Program-made: the position numbers and the translations under genes
Notes under the pieces: generated by a model
What the model was told of the DNA's origin: nothing
Databases searched by the model: none
The model's input: the letters and a program-made list of their open reading frames with translations, nothing else
Virus record (IMG/VR): IMGVR_UViG_3300034374_007216
Span: 18,799-82,798 of that record
Direction: 5' to 3' (one strand)
DNA length: 64,000 nt
DNA from: a virus
Part shown: positions 9,772 to 20,056 of the stretch, piece by piece
Numbering within the stretch: position 1 is the stretch's first letter
How the letters are laid out: each line of letters opens with the position of its first letter

Positions 9772-11655
9772 ATGTGCATGAGTCGTGTTGCTGTCAAGAA
9801 AGGCAACGACGACATCGAGAAAGAATTAGCCGGAACTGTTGGTGGAGCGGCGGCTGGTAGGTTGGCTGGTGCGGCTATTGGTAGTATTGTACCGGGAGTA
9901 GGCACTGTTATTGGTGGTATGTTAGGTGGTGCTTTAGGAGCAAAAGTTGGAGATAAAATTACTGATGCGGCGGGTGTTGGAGGTCAAGCCCCAAGTAGTA
10001 CACAAAACTCGATGGCATCTTCATCAATGGCTACATCGGGTTCGGACAACACTCAAGCAGGTCAAGAAGACAACGCCGAACAATTATCCGCCCAACAATC
10101 AGCCGCTCAAAGAGCAGGTGGGGCGGCGATGGCAATAGGCCAACATTTTGCACAGCAACAACAAATGCAACAACAGAACAATCAACAAATGGCTGAAAAG
10201 GCTAAGCAAAATTCACAAATTCAAACAGGCGAGCCGATGGATATGTCATGGCGTTTGTTAAAAGATATTTATTTTAATCAATTATACAATAAACCAGAAT
10301 ATGCTCAAGCAAGACAACAAATCATTGATGCGGCTATTGAAAACATGCAAAATGTTCAATATTCACCAGATACTCATGCAAGGATTCGTGCCGGATTTCC
10401 GGGGTATGAACCATCTCATACAATAAATGGTCGAAATTTTTATACAGATGAACTTGGTCAAGATATAGATGCTCGATACCCCGAAGATTACATGTATGAC
10501 CAAGAACATAGTAACCAAAAAAGATTTCCCGGCATGGTTAATATTCCACCATATCATTTAATGGATGCTATGAAAAATTTTGTTGATTGGGAAAATATAC
10601 CTTTAGTCACAGAAGGTGAAAAAGTAGGTCAAAAAAAAGATGTAGGAATTGAAAATCTATTTGGTATTGGTACACCATATAAACGACAAGAACCTTATCG
10701 TGGTGTTTTACAAGAAAGATTAGGAGGATTACCTTCTGTTAAAACATTTCTTGGTAGGGATATGAGATATAAACCAGAAAGTACAGAAAATATTCACCAT
10801 AGTTATTTTATGCATCCTAATTTAGAGCGTGGGCAAAATTTGCTTGAAGCAAATATTGAAAGACAAAAAGAACAAAAACGATTAGCAGAAGAAGCAGAAG
10901 CAGAACAAAAACGATTAGCAGAAGAACAACGAATAAAAGATGAAAATAGAAAAAGACAACAAGCGATAAATAGAGAAACAAGGAAAAAGAAAAAATTAGC
11001 CGATGAAGCAGGTTTAACTGTTGAAGAATGGGAAAAAGCAGAAGAAGAAAGAATAAAAAGAGAGAAAAAAGAAGAAAAAGCAAGAATAAAAGCAGAAAAA
11101 GAACAAAAATTACAAGAAACAATTGCAGAAAACCAACGAATAATTCAAGCAAAAATTCAAGCAAAAATAGAACGAAACAAAAGAGAAGAAAATTTCCCAA
11201 ACGATGTTAATGAAGTTCCCGAAGATGTTTTAAATACAGAAGAAGGGCGTAAAATAGCATCTAAATGGGAAAGAATTGGAAATAGAGTTTATTATAATAA
11301 AAGTCCTGTTGAAGACATGACTGATATAAGAAATGCGTGGAACATAGATTGGAAAGAAAAAGTTCTTGCTGTTGCTGTTGGGCGTAAATTAGGTTATATT
11401 AAAAAATCCGAACCAATGGATTTGGCTTGGCAACTTCTTAAAAATGAACTACAACTTCCACTTCGCTTAGGAGAAAAAATTCGTGAAGATGTCATGGCAC
11501 TTGACAGGCAACACAAAATAATGGACAATCCCGATGGCACGCTAATTCAAAACATTCATCCCGACATGGAAAATGTCGTTAAGTTGCTCACAAATATGGA
11601 AGCCGATAAACAACCTGTACCTACACGGCCTTCAAGACCTGCATACCTGTTTTGA
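9772..11655 (+). CDS. Glycine-zipper / coiled-coil polyprotein with two EPMDxxWxLLK motifs
   Basis: GAAAGRLAGAAIGSIVPGVGTVIGGMLGGALG zipper; E/K-rich coil; motifs at about 10228 and 11407. Confidence 0.7.
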   Translation: MCMSRVAVKKGNDDIEKELAGTVGGAAAGRLAGAAIGSIVPGVGTVIGGMLGGALGAKVGDKITDAAGVGGQAPSSTQNSMASSSMATSGSDNTQAGQEDNAEQLSAQQSAAQRAGGAAMAIGQHFAQQQQMQQQNNQQMAEKAKQNSQIQTGEPMDMSWRLLKDIYFNQLYNKPEYAQARQQIIDAAIENMQNVQYSPDTHARIRAGFPGYEPSHTINGRNFYTDELGQDIDARYPEDYMYDQEHSNQKRFPGMVNIPPYHLMDAMKNFVDWENIPLVTEGEKVGQKKDVGIENLFGIGTPYKRQEPYRGVLQERLGGLPSVKTFLGRDMRYKPESTENIHHSYFMHPNLERGQNLLEANIERQKEQKRLAEEAEAEQKRLAEEQRIKDENRKRQQAINRETRKKKKLADEAGLTVEEWEKAEEERIKREKKEEKARIKAEKEQKLQETIAENQRIIQAKIQAKIERNKREENFPNDVNEVPEDVLNTEEGRKIASKWERIGNRVYYNKSPVEDMTDIRNAWNIDWKEKVLAVAVGRKLGYIKKSEPMDLAWQLLKNELQLPLRLGEKIREDVMALDRQHKIMDNPDGTLIQNIHPDMENVVKLLTNMEADKQPVPTRPSRPAYLF

Positions 11656-12457
11656 TTTCATCAACAATTGCTGATGAAATTTTTAGTTTCTCTTCATTTA
11701 CGCCTGTTTCAAAACCCCACACATGAAGGTACTTCACAAGTTTTTCAGTTGAAATGTTTGCACCACTTTTTTCGGCAAAAGGACAACCACCAAGCCCTCC
11801 TATGCTACTATCGAATTCAGTAATGCCGTAAAACAAACCGCTTTGAATTATTTTTATAGCCTTTTCTTCATCTCCTTTATGGTGCAAGTGCAACGCAGGT
11901 TTTATTTTCTCAGCAATTGAAATGCTTGCCATGTCTTTCACCTGCCAAATTTCACCGATGCCTACGGTGTCTGCAAACACAACCGTCGAGCCAAATAATT
12001 TTGCATCACGAATACAATTTTTCAATACTAAGTTTGTAACTTTACCGGTGTACGGAGAGCCAAACGCCATGCTAAGATACACTCGCACATTTTCTTTTGG
12101 CACACCATTGAGCATCGTTTGATACATTTGCACAATTTCACTGCGAGTCTTTTTCATGTTTCGCATGTTAAATTCTTCACACGGTGAAAACACGATGTTG
12201 AATTTTTCCGCCCCTGCCGCTTTTGCTCGGTCAAAGCCACGCTGATTCATGACAAGTACGCCGCCATGCTGAAACACCTGCTCCGCATCAGCCATCTGCG
12301 GAACAAGTTTAGGGTGAGCGAAACTTACTTCTTCGACGCTCTCCAACCCCGCATCGTAAAGTGAATGGATAAGACGCACTTTAGTTTCAGTGTCAATAAT
12401 TTGTTTGATATTTTGTAATCCATCTCTCGGACCTACTTCGTACACTGAAACACGCAT
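11621..12457 (-). CDS. hmgL: Hydroxymethylglutaryl-CoA lyase (DRE-TIM metallolyase)
   Basis: EVGPRDGLQN, ADTVG, HLH, GGLGGCPFA and NISTE motifs. Confidence 0.88.
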   Translation of the reverse strand: MRVSVYEVGPRDGLQNIKQIIDTETKVRLIHSLYDAGLESVEEVSFAHPKLVPQMADAEQVFQHGGVLVMNQRGFDRAKAAGAEKFNIVFSPCEEFNMRNMKKTRSEIVQMYQTMLNGVPKENVRVYLSMAFGSPYTGKVTNLVLKNCIRDAKLFGSTVVFADTVGIGEIWQVKDMASISIAEKIKPALHLHHKGDEEKAIKIIQSGLFYGITEFDSSIGGLGGCPFAEKSGANISTEKLVKYLHVWGFETGVNEEKLKISSAIVDEIKTGMQVLKAV

Positions 12458-12487
12458 GGAATCATGAATGCTGTCGAAGTTTTAAAT

Positions 12488-13168
12488 TTATCTTCTTGAG
12501 TGGTATTGACTACCCATTCTTTGCATCATTCTGTTTCTTTGGGAGTTTGGACCGCCGCCTCGTCTTGGTCGTACTTGGACTTTTGGTGTTGTTTGAATTG
12601 GCTTGAAAACATCTCTTCGTGGTGCAGGTGGTTTGGGCGTTGGTCGTGCGGGGTTTGCTTGAGGGAATCTTGGTTGTTCTATTCTTGCAGGGCCTTCGGG
12701 GTCATATGTTGGTACATCTTCGACCATCCCCATTCCGCCCATTGGCGACCAACTTCTTTCTTGATTTACTTCACTCATAGGAGTTTCATCATCCCTTGCA
12801 TACTCTTGCACAGTGCCATCCCATAGCACTTTATCATTATAATGTGCTGGATGTAAAGGGTCATAGGGTAAAGTTTGGAACATTTCCCAATCTTCAACGG
12901 GTTGAATACCTCGACGCTGATTTATTTTTTGTGCCGCAATCAAACGGTTTGCGTCGCTTTGATTACCTGTATTACCCAAATAACTTAACGAAGGAGCGGA
13001 GTGAATTTGAGCACCTGTAGGAGTCATGCCCTGTTCTTCGTATGCTTGTCGGTAATCGGCCATACGCTCCGGTGTCATACGCAACCCACCCGCTCTTGCG
13101 GCGTGTTGTAGGTCTTCACGACTAAGGGCTTTGAGAAGTTCCCATGCTTGATTAAAAGCACTCGCCAT
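12488..13168 (-). CDS. Hypothetical protein with MASAFNQAWELLK leader
   Basis: ORF begins with the motif; basic, Pro-rich C-terminus. Confidence 0.65.
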   Translation of the reverse strand: MASAFNQAWELLKALSREDLQHAARAGGLRMTPERMADYRQAYEEQGMTPTGAQIHSAPSLSYLGNTGNQSDANRLIAAQKINQRRGIQPVEDWEMFQTLPYDPLHPAHYNDKVLWDGTVQEYARDDETPMSEVNQERSWSPMGGMGMVEDVPTYDPEGPARIEQPRFPQANPARPTPKPPAPRRDVFKPIQTTPKVQVRPRRGGGPNSQRNRMMQRMGSQYHSRR

Positions 13169-13200
13169 GCAAGTCGTACGAACATTTAGCATATAAAAAT

Positions 13201-13881
13201 TTAGAAATCTGTAAGTGATGTTTGCTTTGACGGGTCAAAGGGCTTAGATTTGTTACGAGTTCGGTCCATAAACGGATAAGCACCAATGTCATATTCTTTC
13301 AATGGACTGTTTTCTGCGTAAGGAATTTCGGGTTCGTATAAAAATGAACTTGCTTCATGAATAGAATTATCATCGGGCCTTAAATTAGAAAAACTTAATC
13401 TAACACCGGGTGGTAAATTTTGCATAAATTTTTCATGAAAGGAATGTGATTTTTCATTTCTGTTGTCGGATTCAATGTTATAACCTCTTGCTAAAATAGC
13501 ACGAATTAATTTGTCGTAATATCCTTGCCTTCTATAATTTGAATTTGTAAATCCTTGAAAATTTCGTAATGTGTTTTCACCTAAATCAACATCGGAAAGA
13601 CCTGTAATAAAATGTTTATATTCTGGTGTTGCTAAATAAAAACCTGTTTGTCCATAATCGTTAAGATTTCTAACCAAAAGATTTGGGCGTGGCAAATAAA
13701 TTTCCGGCTCTCTAAACGCCCATTCACCTTCCGAATCAGCCCAATCAATTACTTCTCCGGTGTTTGGGTCGAACCGTTTTTGACTAAACAATCCGGCGAT
13801 TTGAGCCATAGTATTTTTATTGCTTAGTTGAGAAAATGGCGACTTAAGCAAGTTCCACGCTTGCTCAAACGGGGTCGCCAT
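13201..13881 (-). CDS. GNAT-like acetyltransferase with MATPFEQAWNLLK leader and C-terminal PIP-box-like motif
   Basis: TNSNYRRQGYYDKL matches GNAT motif A (R/QxxGxG/A-like); ends KQTSLTDF. Confidence 0.6.
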   Translation of the reverse strand: MATPFEQAWNLLKSPFSQLSNKNTMAQIAGLFSQKRFDPNTGEVIDWADSEGEWAFREPEIYLPRPNLLVRNLNDYGQTGFYLATPEYKHFITGLSDVDLGENTLRNFQGFTNSNYRRQGYYDKLIRAILARGYNIESDNRNEKSHSFHEKFMQNLPPGVRLSFSNLRPDDNSIHEASSFLYEPEIPYAENSPLKEYDIGAYPFMDRTRNKSKPFDPSKQTSLTDF

Positions 13882-14340
13882 AGCACAGGTATGAAGATTT
13901 TTTATTTTAAATTTTTTTTGGGAAGGCGTTTCATGATTTTTTGTCCGAGAGGTGTATGCGACTAAAAGAAGTGCTATGGGATAGCACTTTGCTATGCCTC
14001 CTTCTAAGGCGTGCTATGGGGTCTGTGCTATGGGGTGGTGGCTTGCAGTACCCCACTCTATAGACCGTTGTACTGCTTTGTGCTATGGCCTCAGCCCCTC
14101 CCGTCGTGCGTGCATGGGGCGTAGGGGCAGGGGCGTAGTGCGTCGTTCTATAGAGCCACCACCGTTGCACGCAAGCGTGTGCGTCTATGCAATTTGCATA
14201 CGCCCTCCGCCCTAACCCCTATCCCATATACACCCGTAAAACGCAATCCCCCATGAATAGCGACCATTGACCCCAACCCATATGGGTGCGTTATGCACCT
14301 GCTTCACTGTGCTTTGTGCTTTGTGCTATGTGCATACGCT
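13879..14340. repeat. GC-richer non-coding region with GTGCTATG repeats at the late/early strand switch
   Basis: GTGCTATG at about 13971, 14011, 14024, 14080 and 14323; reverse copy at 13879; small hairpin gtgctat-ggg-atagcac. Confidence 0.6.
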
Positions 14341-14379
14341 ACATCATGCGTGAGGCAAAATCGGTGTATGGCATTGATT

Positions 14380-14401
14380 AGTATATAAACTAACTAAGAA
14401 A
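14380..14401 (+). promoter_or_regulatory. Conserved viral promoter motif copy 1 (AGTATATAAACTAACTAAGAAA)
   Basis: TATA-like box plus conserved 3' element, about 20 bp upstream of ATG 14422. Confidence 0.8.
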
Positions 14402-14421
14402 TAGCAGGTCGGTGAAAAACC

Positions 14422-15264
14422 ATGAGCAAATACATGAAGCCCATAGACACAAGCCCAATAAACAGACAAGACGCATACGCAGTGCAACACAGCGTATGTG
14501 CAAACCGCATCAGCGAGTTCCTTGCGAGCAGGAGTGCAGAAGTATCTCTTCCGTACACTCGTGAGAGCGTACTCGCAGGTGTACCAACCTTCGCAACCAA
14601 CTACGAGCACGCTACCTTCACACAAGCAGAAATCCTTGTGTTCGCAAACCAATGCTTTGAGCATGTGCAAGCATACGGAACAGTTGCAGTGAAAGACCAA
14701 GTGCCTTCATATACGAGCACTGCGAAAGACTTCGCCAAAATGTTCGCCCTCACATACAAAGTGAGCAAGGGTGCAAATGAAGGTCAAGTACGCAACGGTG
14801 TTTTCCAAGCCCTTGCACAGTACCGACGAGCCATGAAGTCTGCACAAGCGAAAGACGAACTCAACACCTCACTCAATGCAGGTGTAGGATGGTTCGCTGA
14901 TGGTGTCGTTGATGCAAACGGCGTTGCACGACCATACGCTGACGAATCTAAGGCTCGCAAAGCATGGGTACGCAAGCATATCGGTGAAGATTGGTGGGTT
15001 GGCCGTACTAAAGCGGACAAGCAATCACTCCTCGCAACCGCTAAAGTGTACAAGCAAGCCAATGCACTCGGCAAATCCGAGCAAGCACCTGCAAACACCT
15101 ACACAATCCAAGCCGTCGAGAAAGCACATCACTCAACCATCAAGCGTATTGCTCGTGATATGAGTGGCGGCACGACCTTTGCAAGCAAGGACAAAGCGTT
15201 GCAGTACATCACTGACAACATCGCTCAATTCTATGCACTCGACTTGAGTGCATACAACCTTTGA
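14422..15264 (+). CDS. Hypothetical Ala/Lys-rich early protein
   Basis: 280-aa ORF with own promoter, GGTGA RBS-like site and downstream hairpins. Confidence 0.75.
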   Translation: MSKYMKPIDTSPINRQDAYAVQHSVCANRISEFLASRSAEVSLPYTRESVLAGVPTFATNYEHATFTQAEILVFANQCFEHVQAYGTVAVKDQVPSYTSTAKDFAKMFALTYKVSKGANEGQVRNGVFQALAQYRRAMKSAQAKDELNTSLNAGVGWFADGVVDANGVARPYADESKARKAWVRKHIGEDWWVGRTKADKQSLLATAKVYKQANALGKSEQAPANTYTIQAVEKAHHSTIKRIARDMSGGTTFASKDKALQYITDNIAQFYALDLSAYNL

Positions 15265-15328
15265 GTAGGCTCGCAGTAGTCCGTTTTCCTGACCCACTCA
15301 CCCGTTGAGTGTTCTCATACGAGTTGTT

Positions 15329-15401
15329 GAGTGCATGAGGGCTTCGGCCCTCATGTACTCCCCTTTGGGCGTGGTCGCATAGGCGACCACGCCCTTTTTT
15401 T
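15329..15401 (+). terminator. Tandem hairpins ending in a T-tract
   Basis: gagtgcatgagggc-TTCG-gccctcatgtactc, then gggcgtggtcgc-atag-gcgaccacgccc-ttttttt. Confidence 0.75.
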
Positions 15402-15762
15402 ATTTTCAAAATCCTCATAGCACGACGGGTCGTGGGTGCTGTCGCCACGCTACGCCCGAACAAAAAGTTCAGCCTTGCGTGTTAATGCGACGCACCCATA
15501 TGGGTTGGACTCTTCACGCATCTTGATTAATTCCGCATCGTGAAGATATTCATTTGAACAATTCCACATCGGGAGGGGTGTGCAATTGCACAATCCCGCA
15601 TTATATATTTGAGCATCCGAATAATATGGGTGTGGGTATTTGCTCATCGCCTTGACTTTTAGAGCGACCTAAGATACGAACATGTTCGATTAGTCTGTAT
15701 TGGTATCGAACATGTTCGCCTTTAGTCATATCTTGCGTCAAGCAAACCGTGATACTGCGAGC

Positions 15763-16000
15763 CACTTTATTCACTATGTTCAAAACCCACTTCACTCATT
15801 TGACTATTCGCTTTAGTCATAGTCATGATACCCCTACACTTCATAGCGAAAATGCCCCACGCTTTATTCACTTTATCATAGGTACTACAATTAATAATAA
15901 TATATATTATAGAGTATATGAATAAAGTGAATATTCCTGTACGGCCAAACTGCTTTAGTCAAACGGGTGAATAAAGTTTTGAATAAAGTGAATAAAGTGA
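15763..16000. repeat. Iteron-like element copy 2 (homologous to 6756-6927)
   Basis: Identical 35-mer GGTGAATAAAGTTTTGAATAAAGTGAATAAAGTGA at 15966-16000 and 6893-6927; same order of sub-motifs. Confidence 0.85.
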
Positions 16001-16106
16001 TACAAATGACACACACCTAAACGCAACACTGCGAGCCTGTCAAGACTGACCAAGCCTTGCACAACATAACAACCTGCGGTGAATAAAAAGGCCACTGAAA
16101 TTGATT

Positions 16107-16128
16107 AGTATTTAAACTAACTAAGAAA
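16107..16128 (+). promoter_or_regulatory. Conserved promoter motif copy 2
   Basis: AGTATTTAAACTAACTAAGAAA upstream of ATG 16140. Confidence 0.8.
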
Positions 16129-16139
16129 GTTTTGAGCCG

Positions 16140-17320
16140 ATGAAAACCGAAAACATCAATCCCCTAAACCTAAACCCACAACAGTTGAACATACAGATGG
16201 CACACATACTACAGAAGTATGGCTTCGATGCAGTGCATGACAGACTACACGCAGTAGGTGGTCGAATGATTATAGGCTCACCTGTTGTCAATCGCACTCA
16301 CATTAACAACCTTGCTCATGTGTCCATTGAACTTATCTTCGATGTGTATAACATGAACACCACCATTCGTATGCTTGAATGGGCAAACGACAACGGCATG
16401 ACCGTGGACTTTTGGAACAACAAGAACGGAATCCTTCACGATGTACGAGAGGTGGTCGCATGATTGGGCCTGTCGCATGGGAAGAACTGCATTGCCGACC
16501 ACCTGCTACACCACAGAAGTTTCTTGAGATTGAGTACAAAGGACAGTTGTACAAATACGATGTTGCGAGTGCAGTGTGGTTGTTCGATTACTACCAACAG
16601 TTTCGTACATGGTGCGAAGAAGATGTACGCAACAACAACGGTGAATACGCAGACGAGATTGAGGTGATTGCTTGAACCACGATACATTACTAAAATCCTA
16701 TATGAATGAATGTCTTAAACAATGTAAAGTGCCGACATGGGAAGGGTGGACTGAATTAAAACGATTGCATGAGGAGATTGAGGTGATTGCTTGACAGAAG
16801 AATACGAATACCCCGATGACTTAGACGAATGGGATTACCCACAGTGGCACGAAGACTTGTACGAAACACTACAACAATTCGGCTTGGCAGACAAGCCTCG
16901 ATTACTCTTAGGGTTGGAACGAATCATGCGAGCACATATCAACAACGCAGATGCTTCACAACTTTCAAGACTACGACAAGAGAACACAGTGCTACAATCA
17001 AAATTACAGAATGCGAATGAGCAATTCAAACTTTTGTACACAGAAATTTACATGAAACATGATGGGGTGATTGCTTGAGCCGTGATGTCCACTGCACAAC
17101 ATGCGTTGATTGGTACAACCCTGTACCCTACGACGAAGACGAAGGTGAGAACTCCGAGCCTATCGCTTTCAGCAAACGCCCATGTCAAATGGACATGAGT
17201 GAATGGTGTCACTTCGCAGGTGAACGACACATCATACACATAGTAAATGATAACTTACTTACACACATGGAAGTATGCACCGACTGTTATATGAAACATG
17301 AAGGAGTGTATGAACAATGA
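16140..17320 (+). other. Cluster of short overlapping hypothetical ORFs (16140-16463, ~16460-16675, 16672-16794, 16791-17078, 17075-17320)
   Basis: Stop/start overlaps; repeated GGTGATTGCTTGA junctions. Confidence 0.6.
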
Positions 17321-17588
17321 ACAACCATCAAAGGATTCTAAACAGAATCAAAGAATTGGCACAAGAAATAAAGAACGAACCATATACAAAGTCGTGTATG
17401 GAAGGCGACCGTGTAGGCTGGATTAGTGGTGAAGCACTTCTTGACATAATTCAAGAATTTGAAGAAATTTACTTGAGTTGAGGGGTGAAGAATGAACAAC
17501 ATCGAAACAAGACACGGACTCGCAACACCTGTTGTTGCATACGAAACTGATGGGCAACTTACCATCGTACTAATGATTGAGGATGAAT

Positions 17589-17610
17589 AGTATTTAAACT
17601 AACTAAGAAA
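17589..17610 (+). promoter_or_regulatory. Conserved promoter motif copy 3
   Basis: AGTATTTAAACTAACTAAGAAA followed by GGAG-ATG. Confidence 0.8.
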
Positions 17611-17748
17611 AATGGAGATGAATTATATGAACAGGAATGAATGGATAAAAAGACATGAACAAATGAGCAAAGATGAACTGCTTGTACTTGCGTACAGGTT
17701 GAGCATACAACATGAAGAATGGAGAAAGAAAGCACAGGAGGAATAAAT

Positions 17749-20055
17749 ATGGGTAGCCAAAAGAAAGAAGCATTAGAAAAGTACAGACAACTGATAAGCG
17801 ACTACGAAATGGATTATCCCTTCAACACGATGAACATGATAAGCATTGACCTTATACCCGAAGGCGAAAAGGTTTCTGCAAAGATAATCAAAGACACAAA
17901 GTTACGAATCACAGCCGATGAAAACAGCAACATCGCTACATTCATCAGCAACCACCTTCCTGTATTCATACGAGCATGTCCACTCGTGCCACGACCCGGA
18001 GTTCTTGAATCAACACCTGCCTACTCATCGAATGAGGCATGGAAAATCATTGAGCGTATTTCAAATAAGATGTTGAGCAAAGACAAATCACCAAAACCTA
18101 TGTACGACAATGGCTACATTGACCCTTATGGTTCTATCATTATCATGCCTTATGTTAATGCTGACGCATCAGCAGTTGCATCTCTCGGTCATTACATTTA
18201 CATGGGTGAGGGCAAAGACGGTATCACCGCAGGTGGCGATGGCTTCAAGATGGCTGTACCACTTAAACCGATGAGTGAATGTTCCGTAGCAAATGATTTG
18301 AGAAAGCATGGCTTCGACCCTGCTAAACTTGAACTTGAATTCGTATCAGTAAATAATACAACTGCGAGAGATAGTTATATTGGCACAAGTAATTACATTG
18401 TTCAGTTGCGTGGGTGTGAAGGCCCAAGAGCAATCGCACCTGCACCAAAGGGCGTTACCATTAGTGGTACATTCCACGGTGAAGGTCGTATCATTGTTGA
18501 GCATGTCTTCCTGTGTGCAGATGACAGCGAAGAAGAATTGGCGAAGTTAGAAGATGCCTTGCGTGAAGGTATGCCAAGCGGTACTGTTGTCATTCACCCA
18601 ACAGGGTGTCATCTTACTCACCATGCAGGACAGTGCATGAAGTATAATGTTCCTTACATAGCCTCAGCCAATGTCAAGGTTGGTGAACAATGGACTCAAG
18701 CGGCGGCAGGTTGGGTTGTCCTTGACCCCAATGGTACTTACGAGCCACAACCCTATGACATGACTGATTACATTGATGAGTTCATTCAAGGACTCAACTC
18801 ACAAATCGGTGGTTACGCTCGACAACATGGTTGGCTCTCCAATATGTTTCATCAATTCATGGGTGGCCCAATCAATGACCCACATCATACAGCAATTCTT
18901 GCAGGTGCGTTTGTTGGTTGGCTCGCTAAGGCAACCCTTTCAGTTGGTATGGGTGAAACAAGACACATCGTTTCTAACACAGAAGGTAATTTACCTCTTG
19001 TTCAAATGTCGCTTGCTACCATATACAGAAATAATTCTTACATAGTGAATTCGAGTGAGATTGGAGAGAGTTACTTATCAAGTAAAAGGAGGCATTACTA
19101 TGCTGATATAGAAGCAACACCTATGTCTTGGAAATCTGTTGAGTCTATGTATCAAATTGTAGGCGATGCTTATGGTACGAAAATTGATTGGAGTACATCA
19201 TACGGTGGTGCGAAGTATCGCAAATCAATGAAGATGGGTTTAAACACTACTCGTGCAATCATTAAACTGTTGCGTCATCCTTCCGCTTCAAACCTCAAAG
19301 ATTTGTGCGACAAAGCCAATGCAAATGAACACGCAACACACAACACTAACTTCTTCTTTAGCAAATTCTTGAGCAAGTCTGCTCTTGATTGGGGTACAAA
19401 ACCACAACACATTCACACTCTTTCCCCATTCAATATGTTCTATGCAGGTCTTGATGTTATGAACAATCTTAATACATCATACAATACAAAATCATTTGAC
19501 AAGAGAGTTGCGAATGTGCATAAGGAATACAAGTCGGAAACAATTGAATCACTTCGTAAATCTCCTATAGGATTACGAAGCGAAGGTTTGCTTCGTGAGG
19601 GTATGAAAACTCTTAATGAAAATCAAAGACACCCAAGAGGTCAGCATTCCAATCCGGGTAACCTAAGCACATATATTCCTTGTGGTATTAACAATTGTAA
19701 AAGATGTGCTGAATACCTTGACCAAATGAAATATACACTCGTACAAAATATTCAATCGAATATTCCTGTTCAAGAGTCATTCGTTTTATCATTCCCTGTT
19801 CAACTCATTGGTAAAGCAGTACATGAGGAATCAATGGAAGACTTATCAAACAAACTTACAGTGTGGAAGAACCTTCATACACAACTTAACACTTTTGAAA
19901 AACGCCAAGCGATTGATAGCATTAAGAAAATAACGAAGTCAATTCCACATAATATAATGGCAAAGAACAACATACTGATAACAAAGATAGCCTACTTCTT
20001 TAGCACACTTGATGCAGAATTACTCATTTACTTTAACACAAATGGAGATGAATGA
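17749..20055 (+). CDS. PPDK/PEP-synthase-like ATP-grasp + phosphohistidine swivel protein with unknown C-terminal domain
   Basis: VFIRACP..RPGVLES, DGITAG, ELEFV, IVQLRG and swivel-like TGCHLTHHAGQCMKYNVPYI. Confidence 0.65.
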   Translation: MGSQKKEALEKYRQLISDYEMDYPFNTMNMISIDLIPEGEKVSAKIIKDTKLRITADENSNIATFISNHLPVFIRACPLVPRPGVLESTPAYSSNEAWKIIERISNKMLSKDKSPKPMYDNGYIDPYGSIIIMPYVNADASAVASLGHYIYMGEGKDGITAGGDGFKMAVPLKPMSECSVANDLRKHGFDPAKLELEFVSVNNTTARDSYIGTSNYIVQLRGCEGPRAIAPAPKGVTISGTFHGEGRIIVEHVFLCADDSEEELAKLEDALREGMPSGTVVIHPTGCHLTHHAGQCMKYNVPYIASANVKVGEQWTQAAAGWVVLDPNGTYEPQPYDMTDYIDEFIQGLNSQIGGYARQHGWLSNMFHQFMGGPINDPHHTAILAGAFVGWLAKATLSVGMGETRHIVSNTEGNLPLVQMSLATIYRNNSYIVNSSEIGESYLSSKRRHYYADIEATPMSWKSVESMYQIVGDAYGTKIDWSTSYGGAKYRKSMKMGLNTTRAIIKLLRHPSASNLKDLCDKANANEHATHNTNFFFSKFLSKSALDWGTKPQHIHTLSPFNMFYAGLDVMNNLNTSYNTKSFDKRVANVHKEYKSETIESLRKSPIGLRSEGLLREGMKTLNENQRHPRGQHSNPGNLSTYIPCGINNCKRCAEYLDQMKYTLVQNIQSNIPVQESFVLSFPVQLIGKAVHEESMEDLSNKLTVWKNLHTQLNTFEKRQAIDSIKKITKSIPHNIMAKNNILITKIAYFFSTLDAELLIYFNTNGDE

Positions 20056-20056
20056 C

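Noticed and set aside
10817-11200. Very hydrophobic 127-aa minus-strand ORF
   Set aside because: Antisense shadow of the GAA/AAA-rich coiled-coil region of 9772..11655.
13931-14215. Short ORFs on both strands in the strand-switch region
   Set aside because: No RBS or promoter motif and atypical composition; better explained as non-coding repeats.
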